64,000 nt of DNA from an uncultured Acetobacteraceae bacterium (GTDB taxonomy: Bacteria; Pseudomonadota; Alphaproteobacteria; Acetobacterales; Acetobacteraceae): the NCBI GenBank assembly GCA_964243265.1, contig CAXTFY010000001.1, positions 15,556-79,555 of the forward strand, written 5' to 3'. Under the pieces are notes generated by a model, which was not told where the DNA came from, made no database searches, and saw only the letters and a program-made list of their open reading frames with translations. Shown here piece by piece: positions 61,189 through 64,000 of the stretch (positions are counted from its first letter, which is position 1; the number at the start of each line of letters is the position of its first letter). The position numbers were made by a program, and so were the translations under genes.

Positions 61189-61218
61189 TTGATGATCCAT
61201 GCGCGCGGCGCGTATAAG
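61189..61218 (+). promoter_or_regulatory. sigma70-like promoter that would give a leaderless transcript of the HTH gene
   Basis: TTGATG-N18-TATAAG. The -10 element ends 5 nt before ATG 61224, and no Shine-Dalgarno is present. Confidence 0.4.
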
Positions 61219-61223
61219 GCGAC

Positions 61224-61553
61224 ATGCCACAAGCCAACGCCTCCCTTCCCGCGCGCCGCATCCGCCGCGCTGCCAAGATCCCCGGAAGCCTGTCGGCGGT
61301 GCAGCTACGGGCCAGGCTGGAGCGGGCCGGCCTGACCCAGGTGGATTTCAGCGCGATCATCGGGGTGTCGATCAGTGCGGTGTCGCGCTGGACCAGCCTG
61401 GAATCGCGCTCTCGCGGGATGCCGCCGCGGTATGCGACGGCGGTTCTGACCGCCTATGAGCTGCTGTCGGAGGATGCGCGGATGGAGATGCGCCACCGTC
61501 TGAACCGGCTGATGCCCAAGGACACCGTTCCCAGCCGGCCCCGGCGCACTTAG
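61224..61553 (+). CDS. XRE/CI-Cro-type HTH regulator
   Basis: 'LRARLERAGLTQVDFSAIIGVSISAVSRW' HTH. Divergent from 60571..61122. Confidence 0.65.
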   Translation: MPQANASLPARRIRRAAKIPGSLSAVQLRARLERAGLTQVDFSAIIGVSISAVSRWTSLESRSRGMPPRYATAVLTAYELLSEDARMEMRHRLNRLMPKDTVPSRPRRT

Positions 61554-61733
61554 GATGCCAGTCGGCCCGGCGGACCGATTTCCGCGGCCGGGCGACCCCC
61601 CCCATAGGTTTCGCCCACGGAATGCTTGGGCGGCAACGGCCGATTTCCGGAGCAGGTTCAATCGCCTGGCAACCGTTCCGGGTACTCACTTGCCATATTT
61701 GGTATTCTGCGAGTCCAAGGATCATTTTCCGCA

Positions 61734-62159
61734 ATGATCCGTACGTATAACATCGGCCCTGGCCTGCCACCGCCCGGCCCGGACTTGCCGCCGCGGGTGC
61801 GACTGCTGGGCACCGCCGATTTCCGCCTGCCCGACGATGCCGTGCGCTGCGACGCTGCCTCGATGTTCGGCAACCCCTTCCTGGTGTGCGGCTCGGTGTC
61901 GCACATCACCGTTGAATGGTGGGTCGAGAACCCGGAAACCTTCCGGCAGTACCACCGTGACCCCCACGACGCGCGGGCGGCGGCGATCAAGCTGCACCGG
62001 GTCTGGATCATGCGCCCGGAACAGCACGAGCTGCGCGCCCTGGTGCGCGACGTGTTCCGCGCCAGGCGGCCGGCCTGCTGGTGCCGCCTCGATGCGCCCT
62101 GCCACGGGGATACCCTTGCCCAGCTTGCCGACGTCCCCGCTCGCCAACTCAACCTGTAG
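61734..62159 (+). CDS. DUF4326-like protein
   Basis: 'FGNPF' ... 'ACWCRLDAPCHGDTL' signature. ORF trimmed to ATG 61734. Confidence 0.6.
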   Translation: MIRTYNIGPGLPPPGPDLPPRVRLLGTADFRLPDDAVRCDAASMFGNPFLVCGSVSHITVEWWVENPETFRQYHRDPHDARAAAIKLHRVWIMRPEQHELRALVRDVFRARRPACWCRLDAPCHGDTLAQLADVPARQLNL

Positions 62160-62167
62160 GAGTGCCC

Positions 62168-62392
62168 ATGCCAATCACCTCTCAACACCTGATCCTGGTC
62201 CGCTCGGACTCTGGCGACGGGGCTTGGAGCCTGCACGCGCCCGATGCGACGGATGCCGAGATCGCCGATGGGACCGCGCCCGCCCTGGCCTCCGGCGAAG
62301 GCCGGTGGGACGAGGACGCGGGCGCATGGGCACCCCCTCCCCTGGTCGATGTCGCCGCGGCGATGGCCATAGTTGCCGCCGACCATGCCTGA
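62168..62392 (+). CDS. hypothetical small protein
   Basis: AGGAG Shine-Dalgarno before ATG 62168. 74 aa. Confidence 0.4.
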   Translation: MPITSQHLILVRSDSGDGAWSLHAPDATDAEIADGTAPALASGEGRWDEDAGAWAPPPLVDVAAAMAIVAADHA

Positions 62393-62984
62393 CCTCCGCG
62401 CGCTGGCCGAGGCGGCGACCCCTGGCCCTTGGCATGTCGATCGAGCCGGTTGCTACGTGTGGGGGCCGCGGGAGGAGATGGTAGCCGACCATGGGGCCGA
62501 CGCCGTCGATGGGGCAGTCGTCCGCATAAGAGGTGTGGGGGGACGCCTGCCCATCGCCGCCAACATGGCATTCATCGCGGCAGCCAACCCGACGGCCATC
62601 CTTGCACTGCTGAACGAGATTGCCGACCTTCGCGCCGCACTCGCTGCCGCCGCGCTGCCGCCGAAGTCTGACCAGGCCGCATCCAAGCCGCCGGCCATGC
62701 CCCGGTGCAGCAAGTGCCATGCGCAAGGCGCTATCGGCTTCTGCACGGACCCAGCTTGCCCGGGCGAGTTGCCCACGCTCGCCGGAGACGTTCTGCCCGA
62801 CTACGTGATCCACGGGGCGCGGACATGGCCTGCCCTGGCTCCGTATCTGTCGCCGCGCATCCATCCCTACAGCGGGTATGAGGCCCTTTGCGTGGTCGAA
62901 CCCGGCCCCGGCGGGCGCGTCCGCATCTACCCGAACCGTGAGGCTGCGATGCAATACCTGAAGGAGTGCGGGTATGACACCTGA
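62385..62984 (+). CDS. Ead/Ea22-like protein
   Basis: 'LRALAEAATPGPW' N-terminus and 'AFIAAANPTAILALLNEIADLR'. Cys-rich middle. Confidence 0.6.
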   Translation: MPDLRALAEAATPGPWHVDRAGCYVWGPREEMVADHGADAVDGAVVRIRGVGGRLPIAANMAFIAAANPTAILALLNEIADLRAALAAAALPPKSDQAASKPPAMPRCSKCHAQGAIGFCTDPACPGELPTLAGDVLPDYVIHGARTWPALAPYLSPRIHPYSGYEALCVVEPGPGGRVRIYPNREAAMQYLKECGYDT

Positions 62985-62990
62985 CCAGCT

Positions 62991-63045
62991 CGCACCGTCG
63001 CACCACCGCACCACCGCACCATCGCACCGCCGCACCAGCGCACCA
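62991..63045. repeat. seven tandem CGCACC(A) repeats with 8-bp period (candidate par centromere/operator)
   Basis: Copies at 62991, 62999, 63007, 63015, 63023, 63031 and 63039. They end 6 nt before the probable parA ATG at 63052. Confidence 0.7.
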
Positions 63046-63051
63046 GATGGG

Positions 63052-63675
63052 ATGCGGGTGCTGGTGGTGGCCTCCCGCAAGGGCGGCGCCGGCAAGACCA
63101 CGATGGCCACCCACATCGCGGTCGAGGCCGAGCGCGCGGGCTACGGGCACGTCGGCGTGGTGGACACCGACACCATGCAGGGCCTTGCCGCCTGGTGGGA
63201 CGAACGCCAGGCCCCCTCGCCCAGCCTGGCCTATCCGGTCCCGGACCTGCCGGCAGCCCTGGCGTCCCTGCGCAAGCTCGGCTGCCGGCTCGCCATTGTA
63301 GATACCCCGCCGCAAGGGACGGCTGCCGTGTCGGCCGCGATCGCGCTGGCTGACCTCGTGCTGGTGCCGGTGCAGCCCTCGCCGGATGACCTGCGGGCGG
63401 TCGGCGTCACCGTCGAGCTGATCGACCAGAGCCGCAAGCCGATCGTCTTTGTCCTGAACCGGACCAAGCCGCGGGTGCGGCTGACCGGGGAGGCGGCGAT
63501 CAACCTTAGCCAGCATGGCACGGTGGCGCCGATACAAGTACACGACCGGGCCGCCTACGCCGGCGCGAAAACCGACGGCCGCACGGCGCCGGAGCTGGAG
63601 CCGGACGGGCCGGCCGCGCGTGAGATGGCGGAGCTGTGGACCTACCTCGCCGCCCGGATGGGTATGCTGCCGTGA
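63052..63675 (+). CDS. parA: ParA-family partition ATPase
   Basis: 'MRVLVVASRKGGAGKTT' deviant Walker A, 'IVDTPP' and 'VLVPVQPS'. The upstream in-frame extension to 62974 is encoded by the octamer repeats and was rejected. Confidence 0.85.
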   Translation: MRVLVVASRKGGAGKTTMATHIAVEAERAGYGHVGVVDTDTMQGLAAWWDERQAPSPSLAYPVPDLPAALASLRKLGCRLAIVDTPPQGTAAVSAAIALADLVLVPVQPSPDDLRAVGVTVELIDQSRKPIVFVLNRTKPRVRLTGEAAINLSQHGTVAPIQVHDRAAYAGAKTDGRTAPELEPDGPAAREMAELWTYLAARMGMLP

Positions 63676-63914
63676 CCGCCCCGCGCGCCAGCCTGGCGGG
63701 CGTGGCAGTCAAGGGCAAGGGCGCCCGTCCGGAGAGGGTGCCCGGTGCCGCGGCCGACCTGCAGCCGCCGCTGCGGGAGAGCATGGTATCCATGAACGTC
63801 CGGTTTCCGCCCGACATGCACCGGCGGCTCAAGGTGCTGGCGTTCACCTCCGGCCGGCCGATCAGCGAACACTTCCTCGAAGCGGTTGCCGCCTACCTGC
63901 GAGGGCTTGAATGA
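63672..63914 (+). CDS. ribbon-helix-helix (ParG/CopG-like) partition partner
   Basis: GTGA overlap with parA. C-terminal 'MNVRFPPDMHRRLKVLAFTSGRPISEHFLEAVAAYL' is an RHH pattern. Confidence 0.55.
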   Translation: MTAPRASLAGVAVKGKGARPERVPGAAADLQPPLRESMVSMNVRFPPDMHRRLKVLAFTSGRPISEHFLEAVAAYLRGLE

Positions 63915-64000
63915 CCCAACCACGCCCACCGATCACCGAGGCCAAGTTCCTGCGCGCCACCGGCTGCACACCGCGTCAGGACGACCTGGAGCGCGCCAAC
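63911..64000 (+). CDS. hypothetical protein, N-terminal fragment (runs off window)
   Basis: ATGA overlap. Starts 'MTQPRPPITEAKFLRATGCTPRQDDLERAN'. Confidence 0.35.
   Translation, partial: MTQPRPPITEAKFLRATGCTPRQDDLERAN

Larger units (their letters stand above)
1..64000. mobile_element. temperate phage / phage-plasmid-like element covering the whole window (neither end visible)
   Basis: GpA-type terminase, portal, MuF, endolysin, tail-fibre genes, CI/Cro-type switch regions, ParA+RHH partition cassette. Very tight packing with many ATGA/GTGA overlaps. No integrase, att or tRNA seen. Confidence 0.8.

Noticed and set aside
62991-63045. CRISPR array or other spacer-repeat structure (also considered for the 24-bp repeats at 3811 and 36049)
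   Set aside because: The repeats are contiguous 8-bp or 24-bp units with no spacers. There are no cas genes.
62974-63051. N-terminal extension of ParA (MTPDQLAPSHHRTTAPSHRRTSAPDG)
   Set aside because: It is encoded entirely by the octamer repeats. ParA proteins normally start about 8 aa before the KGGxGKT loop, which matches ATG 63052.
1-64000. tRNA, rRNA or tmRNA genes, integrase, attL/attR
   Set aside because: I found no cloverleaf-like sequence (no GTTCGAATC-type T-arm), no rRNA-like stretch, no tyrosine or serine recombinase motif set, and no flanking direct repeats. This absence rests on a visual scan only.

Overview
The whole window is a GC-rich (about two-thirds G+C by eye), densely packed segment of a temperate phage or phage-plasmid-like element. 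No integrase, att site, tRNA, rRNA or CRISPR array was seen. Order along the window: (1) the end of a tail-fibre module (1-1930, +). (2) A leftward operon (7857 down to 1943, -) with a CI-like repressor, a PD-(D/E)XK exonuclease, a Rad50/SbcC-like ATPase, a radical-SAM protein and small proteins. (3) An immunity/switch region (7858-8565). (4) A rightward early operon (8566-12668) with an Xis/MerR-type HTH and a DUF1376-type replication protein, ending in a strong intrinsic terminator. (5) A block with an HNH-like protein, a GT-A glycosyltransferase, an MT-A70 methylase and a lysis cassette (12956-19550). (6) A packaging/virion operon (19729-55345, +). It holds two receiver-less OmpR-type wHTH proteins, a frameshifted DNA methylase, TerS and a GpA-type TerL, the portal, a MuF protein and a triple discoidin-domain protein. 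Capsid and tail genes are not in this stretch; it carries a run of very large multi-domain 'polyvalent' proteins (1304, 335, 430, 309, 2024 and 1538 aa). It is interrupted by two antisense gene islands. (7) A leftward block of about 16 small, translationally coupled genes (55342-61122, -). (8) A second Cro/CI-like HTH, a DUF4326 protein, an Ead/Ea22-like protein and a parA plus RHH partition cassette preceded by tandem octamer repeats. Two signals stand out. First, a roughly 45-aa module (ILFLKA..GG..GDLF..V.VAGH...G.YVAPY...R.K) heads or punctuates the polyvalent proteins. Their cargo domains look like a DarB-like methylase-SNF2 helicase, a second SF2 helicase, a RelA/SpoT-like nucleotidyltransferase, a TGT/DpdA-like fold, a GNAT-like fold and a pyrophosphatase-like fold. 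Second, a 23-nt DNA box (TGTCGTGAYGCCAsSCTGGsGsC) ends exactly at the ATG of five non-homologous late genes and has three further variants. All functional calls come from reading motifs by eye. No database search was run.
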